Made by a program: the position numbers and the translations under genes. Shown here in pieces: positions 12,851 through 25,764 of a stretch of DNA of 64,000 nucleotides. Source of the DNA: the human T2T-CHM13v2.0 reference genome, Homo sapiens; NCBI RefSeq assembly GCF_009914755.1, contig NC_060929.1. One strand, 5' to 3'. The stretch's first letter is position 1, and each line of letters starts with the position of its first letter. Under the pieces are notes generated by a model that had not been told where the DNA came from, did not search any database, and saw only the letters and a list, made by a program, of their open reading frames with translations.

Positions 12851-13658
12851 TAGAATTCTCTTTCTATGAGGCTTTCACATAGCCACATGGATCTCCTGGT
12901 GCTAAGCCATGCATTAGTGGCACCGTGTACTGTGCAAGGGAATAGATTAATTTCATATTCCTTCTATGAAGTTATGTTCAGAAGGAAGCCTAATGGAGAC
13001 ATGCAATAAAAGAAAAGATGACCCTCTTTTTCTGCCCTGATTCATGAGCTGCTTGCTGTTGTATAGGCTTTTCTTAGGTGTACTGGGATCTCAAGTACTA
13101 CAGGGTTGCGACCTGAGGTATAATCCCACTTCTCTTACTGACTTGTGCCCCCTTCTCCTATGGGAGGAATAATTGACTCAGCCCTTTTGAATATGCTGGA
13201 TAGAGATGTGATGAAGAATCTGGAGAAATAAAAAAAAAGTAGCATTAAAAAGATTTGACTATGTCAAGGAGGAATGATGTGAAGGCTCTAAGAAGAGTTG
13301 CCAGTCTTTCTTTTATACACTCATTGAACTTGCAGCCCAGGAAGACATCATCTTCTCTGGGACCCTCTTTCATCACTCCCCTGTGTGGTCAGTGCCTCCA
13401 AGCCACACAGCCTGTCCTGCTTGACCTCTGACCGGGAGTCTGGACCTTTCTTTCCCTTCTCCATCCATCAAAATTCACTGGTGCTGTTTCCTCAGGGTCT
13501 TGGTCCCCGCAGTATAGTAAATTAATGGCCAGTGCCCTTCAGGGCTTCTATCAAAGAGAATTAATGGGACAAATTTTCAGGCATTGAGACTAGATGGGAA
13601 GTATTTCTGTCCAGGAGTGACTTCCTCAAAACATAGCACCTAGGTTTCTTTTCTAGCT

Positions 13659-15560
<1,902 letters not shown>

Positions 15561-15815
15561 TCAATGAGAACTAAAAGTATATCTTATGAAACTGATCACT
15601 AAAAACAATTAAGATAAAGATCTAATATAATTGATTTTTCCATGTTTAAGTTATAAAAACAAGATGACCAATACACTATTTCTCATATAAAGCAGGAAAA
15701 TGATAAAAGGCATGGTATATCTGTAGTAAAATTATGTACGGGCATTGAATACTGCTGACTGGCTTTGGAGAATGATTAAACAAGAAATATGTTATAAGAT
15801 AAAATGGTAGAAACA

Positions 15816-16134
15816 ACTATAGTTTGAGTATGTTCCCCAAGTTTCATATGTTGAAAAATTAATCCTCAAATTCATATGTTGATGGAGTAGACCCCATGAT
15901 GGGACCCAAGGCTTTATAAGAAGAGGAGGGACCTGAGTTGAAATGCACTTTTTGCCCTTCCACCCTTCTATCACAATTTGAGGCAGCAAGAAGGCCCTCA
16001 CCAGATGTTGAGCAAATTCCAATGTCAGGCTCTTGGACTTCCCAATCTCCAGAACCATGAGCCGAATGTTTCTTTTTTAAAATAAATTATCCAGTCCGGT
16101 GTCTTGTTACAGCAACAGAAAATAGACTAAGACA
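15816..16134 (+). mobile_element. MST (MSTC/D-like) MaLR solo LTR
   Basis: tatagtttgagtatgttcccc...gcagcaagaaggccctcaccagatg...ttggacttcccaatctccagaaccatgagc...tagactaagaca. Confidence 0.82.
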
Positions 16135-18084
16135 AGAATTGAATAAAATTGAATAAATGTTTCATGTTATGGTTTGATACAATGGGTTCTGACAACTTTA
16201 TTAATGAATGCACATCAAATCTGAAAGAACCATGTGAAAGTTTTTATCCTTGGGTTCTATCTGTCTACTGCACCTTATAAAAATTTGGCATTCCCAAAAG
16301 CCATTCTGGTTACATTTAAAATAATCAGCATGGCAAATCTATACTGCTTTAGCTCTTCCAAGTTACTTTTTTTCCCAGTCAAGATACATCCTAGGGAAGG
16401 ATATTGACAATAATGGGAAATAATTGATTATAATTATATGTAAGAAGACATTTTTGGCATTCAGTGCCTTCTACTAATTTTCTTTGTTTCACTCTCCCAT
16501 GGCTTTCCCTCAAGAGCAAGAAATTCTTTGACAAGAGTCAGGAAGAGAAAACCAAAAAGCCGTTAAAAAAAAAAAATTGTTACCATCACTCCACTTTATC
16601 ATACATCTGAATTCTGAAAATCTATTTGTGAGTCCAAACACCCAATTTCTATGTTATCTAACATCATAATCAGCTTTAACATGTGTATAAGAGGCAAAAG
16701 CCCAAGGCTCTATGGTTTTATGATTAATCATCAAACCTTTCCTCTGTTTGCTACATCTGAGGTTTTTGGTGTCACATTAAGAGCAATGTATTAAGATTTG
16801 GGATGGGTAGCCTATATCTTTTTTCTGTGGGAAAAGAAACAGTATGAACAAAGACTCATTCTCAGCAGATCAATTTAAGGAAAGAGTATAGTGTATATAG
16901 AGGATCTGGAAATTAATTTCCTGAAAATTGTCCTGAGTATGCAATCCGTGAAAAGCCTTAGGTACACATACCGCAGTTTGAAAATTATGAATTTATCATA
17001 CCTGCATATAGCTTAACCTGACCCAATCCAAGATTGTTTATCATGTGATCTCAATCCCTGGAGGAGGATGATCAAAGGATTCTAACGAGGGCCCAGGGAG
17101 GTAGAGTTGGAATTGCAGCAGAGAAGTTTTGAGTAGCACTGAGGAACCTCTGATTCCAATGTGGTGTTCATGATCCTGTAAGTGTTCCTGCTATCAAAAA
17201 ATGAGTGCAAAACGTCCCCTGGCCCTTTGTTGGTGAAAATAAGTGCAGCACCGTCCTCCCCAAACCAGATGATTAGTGTTGCTAACTGCCATACCAACAG
17301 AGGCAAGCAGATGATATAAATAAATGAAGCAGACAGGATATAAGAAAAGAGGTGATGAGAGTTTGATAAAAAGAGAGGACATGCCTCATCCACAGGTGGA
17401 GGCAGCTATTCACCTCCAATCCCACTGTTGCTATATTTTCCACTTTTCTACCTGGATTTTCATGTGAAATCGCCTGAGGCAATTAAATCAACATTGTTAT
17501 ACAACACATTGCAAAACAAATCTCCAGGTTATGTCTGCTCAATGGTTGTTAGCAGTCTCCTCCCAAAGGCAACCTGGTGATATGTTTGCCTCTGGTGAGA
17601 GAACAAAGCAGTCTTGAATCAAAATTTGGGTCTTCTGAAGTGAGCCCAGCTATCTCTCCACTTCTTACAATGCTTCACAAAACATTGCTGGATCCTCACA
17701 CGAATCTTTCAAGTTTAAAGTGCAGAGTCAATCATTACTTCAAGCTTTCTGGAGGCTGAAGAATTGTCATCAGCAACCTCCACAATCCAAAGAGTTGGAT
17801 GGAACTTTAAACATCATTTATTCCAGCTCCCCTGTTTTTATAGCTTCTCATAACATTCTCTAAATATTAGTATTGGGTCTCATTGAACTTGGATTAATAA
17901 ATGGAGGCTATGGAATCCCAGTATTATAGTTCCTGGATGCTCTCCTCATACGCCGCTTCAAAGGACTGTAAAAAATTTTCAATAGAAAGAAGTAGCTGTG
18001 ATGCTAGTTTCAGCCCTTCCTACTTGCAGACCCTGACCTATAATTACCTTGAGCTCTTCAACTTCAGATCATGTGCTATTTTTA

Positions 18085-18420
18085 AAATATATCCATAAAT
18101 TCTTTGGTATTCCTTTTAGGAGGTGGAAACTAATTTCCTTCATCCTTGAGTGTGGGCTATACTTAGTGACTTGCTTCTAATGAATAGAATATGATTGATA
18201 GATGATGGTGACTTCTGATAATAGGTCATGGCATTTTAGCTTGCTCCCAGCTTTCTCTTGAATTACTTGCTCTTCAGGAAGCCAGAAGTTATGGGGACAC
18301 TCAAGCAGCACTAGGGAGAGGCTCATGAGTAGAAGAACTGAGGCATCCTGCAAACAGCCATGGACTAACCTGTATTGGGAGCAGATTCTCCAGCTCCACG
18401 TAAGTCTTCAGATGATGGTT
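18085..18420 (+). mobile_element. MLT1 (F/G-like) MaLR LTR fragment
   Basis: ccttgagtgtgggctatacttagtgacttgcttctaatgaatagaatatg...gaagaactgaggcatcctgcaaacagcc. Confidence 0.7.
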
Positions 18421-19253
18421 TTTTTTTTCTTTTTTTTAATAAAAAAAAAATTTTAAAAAGAAAGGTAATTAAATTTAAGAAGGACTTCCCTTATTATATC
18501 AAGAGGTTAATACTCAAAATGGTGGTGTGTCATTTTTAAGAATTTTCCTTCAGAATGAAATTCTAATGATCTGGTAAGCAGTTAGTTAGAATTTGGTTCT
18601 GCCCTAAGGCTCCTTTCTCTTAATAAGATTAAAAATTGAGGGTAAATAGGAAACTTAAACAAAATCTGAGATGTGCCATTAATTTCAAGTTAAGCTCAAT
18701 AACCCCCAAATGTAAAAGTCCTTCCTGACATAACACACATATCAAGAACCAAGATTTCTCAGAGAGAATCTGATGCCCACTCTCTCTCTAGAGGCTAAGC
18801 TCCCACTGTAGGGGCAATGTTACCTGTTAACTTTAGCTCTTTTTTCTCTCTCTGGCTTTTATCTCACAGGTCTGTTCCTTAGTCTCTGTTGAGGTGAAAC
18901 TCCAATATCTGAACCCACCAGCCAAATAAGCAACCTGTGTACAAGCCAAGTTAAAATTTCACTCCCGTAATGGATGAGGAGAAACCAGAAGACATTTCTC
19001 ATGCACAGGGAGTGCATGAATCCCCTGAATTGCCAGGTTTCAGGGTCACATGAGACCTCTAGAAGGCTCTGCTCATCATCACCTTATCATCTGGTAGGTT
19101 CCAGGTATCTGGGTACACATGAATTAAGCCTTAATGACTTTAAATTCTGTCTCAAATTTTTATCCTCTTACAAAAGTTTAAGCTTTTTGTCTGAGGAAAA
19201 GTGCACATATTCCATGAAGAAGGGAGGTCAGATCTCTTTTGGCAGGGAAAAAG

Positions 19254-19303
19254 AAAGAATACCACAGAGTGGGTCTTAAAGAATACCACAGAGTGGGTCT
19301 TAA
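19254..19303. repeat. Perfect 24-bp tandem duplication
   Basis: aaagaataccacagagtgggtctt x2. Confidence 0.95.
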
Positions 19304-19654
19304 TGGCAAGGAGTGAGAAAGAGTAAGTTTTGAAGCGTATGGGAATGCCTTGGAAGGGAGAAAAAGTGTAGAAATAAAAGGATCTTGGTCTAATTCTGCT
19401 TTGTGTCCAGAGGCAGCTCTGCAAATACCATCTTAATGAGCCACTGCCTAGCCCCTAATCTCATAAAATCCTCAAAAGGGAAAACGCATGAAAGGCAGAG
19501 CTGATTCTCTCTCTTTTGATATTTGCCCTTGGGTTTGCTGGCCTGACTTCTGGGGCTCTGGAAACACATGAATTAGCAAGAACCAGAGAAGACATTCAAA
19601 ACTAGGCCTCTTCAATGATGAGCCAAATCAGACAGTTACCTTACAGCTTGCGTA

Positions 19655-19660
19655 TTTATT
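19655..19660 (-). terminator. NREP: Distal polyadenylation signal AATAAA
   Basis: The + strand reads tttatt. A UGUA element lies upstream in the mRNA and a U/G-containing stretch lies downstream. Confidence 0.8.
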
Positions 19661-19812
19661 GAACAAATACTACTAAAATAGCTAAAATACATTGGGTACT
19701 TGTCATGAGTGCATCAGTAAAGATCACACTGTTACAAAAGCCTGCATTTTCAGCAGTACACAACTGCAACTCTACATAAATGCCACAGATGCAGAATACT
19801 GTTTTCTTGCTC

Positions 19813-19820
19813 TATTTACA
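19813..19820 (-). promoter_or_regulatory. Pumilio response element UGUAAAUA in the 3'UTR
   Basis: The + strand reads tatttaca, an exact UGUAHAUA match in the mRNA. Confidence 0.55.
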
Positions 19821-20692
19821 CAGCTGATATACCTATTCTAACGAAGGAGGGAGAGGAGTAATGCACAAGAAACTCAGGCCAATGGGGGAGCAAGAAGAAA
19901 ACGAAGAAGTGCAGTGCATGCGTCATCGGTGTTTAACAGTCAGAAGCGAAACAGTTCAGAACAAGGCCTGCCCTGTCAAAAGAAGAGCTAAAGACAGTTA
20001 TATAAAAATTAAGGTGGGCTTTCAGACTGGCTAACACAACAACATTCCATGAGTAGATGGTAATTTATTTTTGTTTATCCATTTCGTTGGGAGCAAGGAC
20101 AAAAATGTAAATCTACACCTTGCTTATCAAAATTGCCGAAAAAAGAATGCTCTGCCTTTTAAAAAAGTATCATGATTTTGTAGACCTTGTTTTCCAATTT
20201 AATATTTGGAAAAGGTGTCATTTTCATATTCCTACTCAGATGCCAGTGTTTTGGGTTTTTTTCCAGGGGGAGTTTATTTAAAACGGTTTTGCTCTTTTTT
20301 TCGACAAATATCCTTTCAAACAGAAAGAACCCAAAGAGACACCTCAAAATGCCTGTAAAATTATTGCTTTTCTTTCTCTAAGTCAGGCAGGCGAGGCTAC
20401 GGAAAGGAAGAGATTTGGTAAGTAAATTACAGTTTTGTGATTGCTCCCGCTACCGTGACTGCATGTCCGTGAGCGCCAGCCAACGAGACAATGGTCTCTC
20501 ACACTCTGGTAGCATTCGCTCAACCTACAACACTGAGGAAGAAAGCCACACTGAAGACACAAGGAAAACAAGTCAATCCAGTCTAGAGAACAACATTCAG
20601 GGAAACAGAGTACCAACACCTTCTTAGAACATGGAAATAAAAAATAACTCCATCAGAGCTACCTCGCCAAGGAGCATGTTGAAAGTCCAAAA

Positions 20693-20712
20693 TAGCACCA
20701 TTCATCAGTGTC
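20693..20712 (-). promoter_or_regulatory. miR-29b TDMD trigger site
   Basis: mRNA 5'-GACACUGAUGAAUGGUGCUA-3' pairs with miR-29b UAGCACCAUUUGAAAUCAGUGUU at nt 1-11 (G:U at 11) and nt 15-23 (G:U at 23), with a 3-nt miRNA bulge. This is the known Nrep/libra trigger. Confidence 0.95.
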
Positions 20713-21253
20713 TCAGGTCCTGTGGCAGCATCTCGGTCACTTACCACAAGGAAACAATGAGTTTCAAACTACTTCTATACATCAAAAGAGTACATGGATA
20801 AAATATAGAGATATACAGACAATTGATGAACATAAACTACTAGGTTTGTTACATCTAAATGAAAAAAAAGGTGGGGGGGGGACTCTCAGCCTCTGCAAGA
20901 AGCAGTCGGGAGCTGTGTGAGTGAAAAGGCAGGAGTGGACCGGTTGTGTGAGCGCGGTGGGAGTTTGAGTTGTGGAAGACATTGTTGTAGCGAACCAGGC
21001 CTGAAGGCCCACCTGTAAGGGTTGTAAACGTGGATTCACAGTGTGAAATTCTGAGCGTTTTCACTTGAGTCAGAATGATTAAAAACTGGTTTGATGACAC
21101 CTATTTGTCCACTGTAAATTCTCTAAAGCAAGGCTCAGAGTCCCATAGTTTCTTCTTATACTTGATGATTTACACAGAAAAAAATCCCATATATGATACC
21201 ATGACCTCATCAATACCCATACACCATATGTAATACAAATGGAGGTGTTACGA

Positions 21254-21379
21254 TTAAAAAAAGTGGAGGTAACTGATTCTTGGGGAGCGGAGTTCACTGC
21301 TGCCCAGTGGAGTCAGGGAGGCAGCGTTTGTCTCATCGTTCTTCTTGCGGTTCACTTCCTTTGGGACAGGAAGTCTTCC
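21254..21379 (-). CDS. NREP: NREP/P311 last coding exon (aa 28-68 + stop)
   Basis: Acceptor tttgcAG|GGA. Translates GRLPVPKEVNRKKNDETNAASLTPLGSSELRSPRISYLHFF* (126 nt). Confidence 0.97.
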   Translation of the reverse strand, partial: GRLPVPKEVNRKKNDETNAASLTPLGSSELRSPRISYLHFF

Positions 21380-24300
21380 CTGCAAAGCAGGCAGACCCAC
21401 ACACAGACAGACACACATAAAAGACAAAATTAGTCATGCTTCTGAAACCATTTTTTAAAATTTTGCTTTTCCTGCCCAGCCCACATTATACCCTTGAACT
21501 CTTGCTGTTTTGCAAAACAGAGTTTACATATTAAACACAGTTCACCTGAATGTAAATATTAGGTCTGTGAGGAAATGAAGTAATTAAACACTGGCCACCT
21601 TTGCTTCAGTAGAATGAAGTGCTTCTGTTACGGTGGTGCCAGCCATGTGTGAGGCAGCATTCCCCAGTGTCAGGTTTCTTGGGACAGTTTCTAGTATCAG
21701 ATAGGGCCCAACCTTAGACTGGGTGATTGATAGATACTCACAGGAGTGTCAGTTGATAATTATAAAAAAAAAAAAAAAAGAGTCCAGTGGGTGTGATGAA
21801 GACGGGTTAACAATCTATTTTCTAATATGTAATAAAAATATTTAAAAACGTATCTCAACTTGCATCAATCTTATCTATGTATGGCTTATTCTATGTGCAA
21901 TCGGCGCATGACAGAAGTGGCTACCAAAGATGGGAAGTGTCTGTCTGGGAGAGAAATGATGTGAGGGTGCCCAGACAGCGGTCGTAGGAAAGTGGGGGCT
22001 AGTGGGGAAACCAAGGCCAGAAGAGAGTGAGATTCAGCTCATCTAGACTGACTGGGGCTATTCTAAGGCTCTCCTCACAATCCTGATGAGAAAGGTTTTT
22101 GTGTTTCTGACTAGAATAACTCAATCTCAGTGTGACTACTGATCCGCCGCCACGTGGCTTCCCGGACACACTGCTGCAGCGCCAACAGTGGAGAGGAGCT
22201 CTCCATCACAACCAGACAGCAGAAGCACAGCACAGTGAAGCACACCTGCCCACATGATGCACAATACAGGTATTCATTTACAACAGATAGATTTTATGCC
22301 CTGTACAGGTATGAACACAGTGAAGATTTGACGATGGTCTCTCTTTCAGCTGAACTCTGGAGTTTTAATTACTGACATTTTCTTGGAAGAAATTATCCTT
22401 TGTGGTTTTAAAACATGTGGGCTTTTTTTTTTGTTGCTCAAGTCACATGTTCTAACAAGACAGTTTTAATAAGCCAGTTTGACTAGATGTAAAGTACTTG
22501 GATTAAAGTGATAATCTTACTTTGTGGCCTATAAATTAACACATCTGAATTTCTTTTTAAGAATTCAGAAACCAGTAACTTCCAAACAACTTGAAATTGA
22601 ATAAATATTTTCAGCAACCCAGGGGTGAACTAAATGCAACAGATTATTCAACTTTAAAAAGTCTTACTTACTGTACAGATTTTCCATATTAAACATCTGG
22701 TATGCCTCAATTTTTTACTTAAAAGTCTCGGACTTTGAGAGCATACAGCATTTTTTGCACATATATAACCATGATGTACTTTAATATTCCAATCTTAGGT
22801 TGTGATTTTAGAGGTTGTTTTGGTATCATTAAATACCAATGGGACCAAACCAGAAAATTAAATAAAAATATAATTCACCACTCACACACCCTTAAGGGTC
22901 TAGATTCAATTTCCAAAAGCATAATATTGGGTAGTTACTTGCAGTTGTGAAAATAATTTCAATCTTGGAATCTTGGTACACAGTCCCAAAATTTAAAAAA
23001 AAAAAAAAAAAAAAGGAAATCCACTGTAATCCCAGTGTCTTTAAAATAATGCTGCCAGCCCGACCCCACCTCACCCCACAGTCAACCAGTTACCATGGTT
23101 CAGGATAGGACAAACTTAGGTTTTGGACAAATGAAGAGTTCAATGGCTGTTAATTGTCACAGGCAAGAAAAGAAGGAAAACCAAAAGTTGATAAATGTTA
23201 ACTCAACAATTATAGTCTTTACACAGCTTGCCTTAAAACTGCTCCAGTTCAGACTTACTCTGTTCAAAAGTGAATATACAGAACGTTAGTGTATCTCTCT
23301 ATTTAAATCTCAGTCTCAGTACTAATCTTCTACCTCCATGAAACATACACAACAAAACAAAAGGAAGAGCTAGGGATTTGGGAAGAGGCACTTCCAGAAA
23401 AAAAGAAAGTGACGATTATTTCAGATTTGAATTTACCATTTTTACCATTTTTTCTGTTTCAAGGTCCCAGATAATATACATTTCTTCATTAATTATTCAT
23501 TTTCTGAGTGCCTACTATGGCTGGAGTACTCTATTCGATTTCAAGCTTAGAGAGAGATTGAAACAGAAACAGTAACAGTCCCTGCCCATCTCACCCTTCA
23601 TTAACTTGCTGTGTGGAAGACAAGCATACAGACTGGACCCTCATGAGGCAATGGTAGTAGGGCCCACAGGGAGGTGTGCTACTGAAGCACCCTGAGGGCC
23701 TGGAGCCCACCATGCCCGTGGAGAGAGGTGCTCCTGAGGAGACAGAGTTCTGTGCGTTCTCCCTATGGAGTCCTGCATTTACTAGATTTCAATCCTCTTC
23801 CCCTGACTGATTTCAATCCACACACCCTCCCACTATTTTTTTTTTTTTTAAATAATAATAGGCTTTCTGCCCCAACTAAAGGAATTTTAGGCTTCTGCAA
23901 CAAGTGGAGGAGGCATTTTGAAGATGGGACACAAAGAAGTCTTCTTTCTCCAGATCCAGAAGTCAGGCCTTGTAAGAATTCAAGCCAAAAAAAGTTCATC
24001 CATGGGAAAAACGGTTCTTCTATCATCCAGCACGTATTTGTGCCAACAGAGCTGAGGGACTTGAGTAATTCAAGAGGCTAGGGGTTGGGGGGCAGATGTG
24101 TCCAGTGGCTCCCACAGCCCCGCCGTCCTGAAAGTCACGCCAGTTAATGTGCCTCGGGGTGGATCAGCCCTCCCGACAGATGACTACTAGGAAATTAATC
24201 CCCAGTTAATAATGTGCTTTGGACCAAGTAAGTCAAGATTATTTTTCCTACAATTATACAAAGATATGCTTTTCCAGAAGGGAACTTCTGGAAAAAGAAC

Positions 24301-25764
24301 AAATAACACTATGCTTAAAATATTATTCACATATTTAGAGAAGAAAGAACTTAAAATAGCAGAAGACCTGAATACCATGATCCACGGTGCCCACCCCTGG
24401 GAGCATGTCTTTGTGTGAGACAAGACCTAGCACAGCAGGGCTGGCTTTCTAAGGGTACGGTGAGGCACCACTGAACTCATCAAGGAACTATGCCTAGTCT
24501 TGCCCCTCTGGTTTATGTCACCAGTATCAAAGAGAGAGGACCTCTGGATGCCTGAATGAGGCAAGAACTAATGTGAAGGCCTCAGCTGCCTTAAGAGAAT
24601 TATGCCCTGATCTGGCACAGTGACGAATGTCTGTGGTTATACTGCTGCTGCCGCTGGTGTGCTGCTGGTGAGGTGGTGGGGTGTGGGTGTCTTTTAAGGA
24701 AAGCGCTACTATTTTAGCTCTCTTCCACTCCAGCTCTACAAATCAGTGCAAGTCTAGTTCAGGCAGGGTCAAACCATTTTGTTCACCTACTTTCCTGCCA
24801 GTGATTTCAACCTTGACCTTCAAAAATGCTCTGCAAGATTAAAAGTGATTTAAGATTGTTTTCTTTCAGTGCAAACTGCCAGTTGATACAACCTCTTCAG
24901 TTTCTGCCTGCCAGTATAAGATAGGGAATTGTTGATACTATTTAGTGTAAATAAAATAATTTCTTAAACATTGAAATACCAGTAACAGCTGGGGGAGGAC
25001 TCACCGTTAGTCAATTACACTTATGAAACTTTCAAATAGAAATTTTATTTTCAGTGGATTCTGTTTTTCTTTCTTAACTGCAAAATCAGCAAGTCATTGG
25101 TTAAAAAGTATACTCTCCCCGCTTGAAGTCAAACAAGTATTCACCCTAAGAGGCAAAGTCCAGTATCTACAGTAAAAACTGGTAAGTAGTTGTTATTGTT
25201 TGTTTCAGAAATTATGCTAAAATCTAAAATATAAATTTTACAAATTTTCTTGAGGCAGAGAACTGCCACACCTAAGATGTCAGAACAATGAAACCACGTT
25301 TATAAAAAATGGTTTTTAGGCTCAAAAATTAGAAGAAAGAAATGTAACAGTTTTTTTGTTCCTCCCTTTTGCTTCATGGATAATCTTATCAGACCTTCAG
25401 ACTTCATTAGCAGACAATTAATAGTCATCATACTTTTAAGAAATCTTTTAGTTTGATCATTGTATTTGAGTTTGTCTAACCAGAAATGGAACAGACTTAA
25501 AACCTGTAAACTGTACTTTGATAAACTGATTCCATGTTTTAAATGAAAATTTTTCATTTATGAAGGAAGATAATGTGAACTTTAAGTCATAGGACTTTAG
25601 GATATTTTTTAAAAGTACATTATTTCCAAGGTCATCATAGTATCAGATTAATGGATTGTTATAGCAGCCTATAATGGGTATTCAAATGAAAAAGCTCTGA
25701 TATTTTAAAACAATTGTTTCTATATTGAAAATAGTGTTAACAATATGGCATCTAAGGATCTTAC

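Larger units (their letters stand above)
19630..21253 (-). other. NREP: NREP 3'UTR (~1.6 kb)
   Basis: Runs from the TAA stop (21256-21254) to AATAAA (19660-19655). It is free of recognisable repeats and carries several AUUUA motifs and miRNA sites. Confidence 0.88.

Noticed and set aside
17082-17393. 103-aa minus-strand ORF with a hydrophobic stretch
   Set aside because: No recognisable homology or exon structure; such ORFs are common in AT-rich DNA.
19254-19303. Direct repeats as a CRISPR-like array
   Set aside because: Only two adjacent copies with no spacers, in a mammalian context; no prokaryotic-type system is present in this window.
20273-20278. Third AATAAA in the 3'UTR
   Set aside because: The downstream sequence is C/A-rich with no GU/U element, and an adjacent A-run could cause internal-priming artefacts.
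21239-21433. 64-aa + strand ORF overlapping the last NREP coding exon
   Set aside because: It is an antisense shadow of the real exon, with no independent support.
22175-22195. Possible CTCF motif (gcgccaacagtgg)
   Set aside because: Spacing and core positions fit the consensus poorly.
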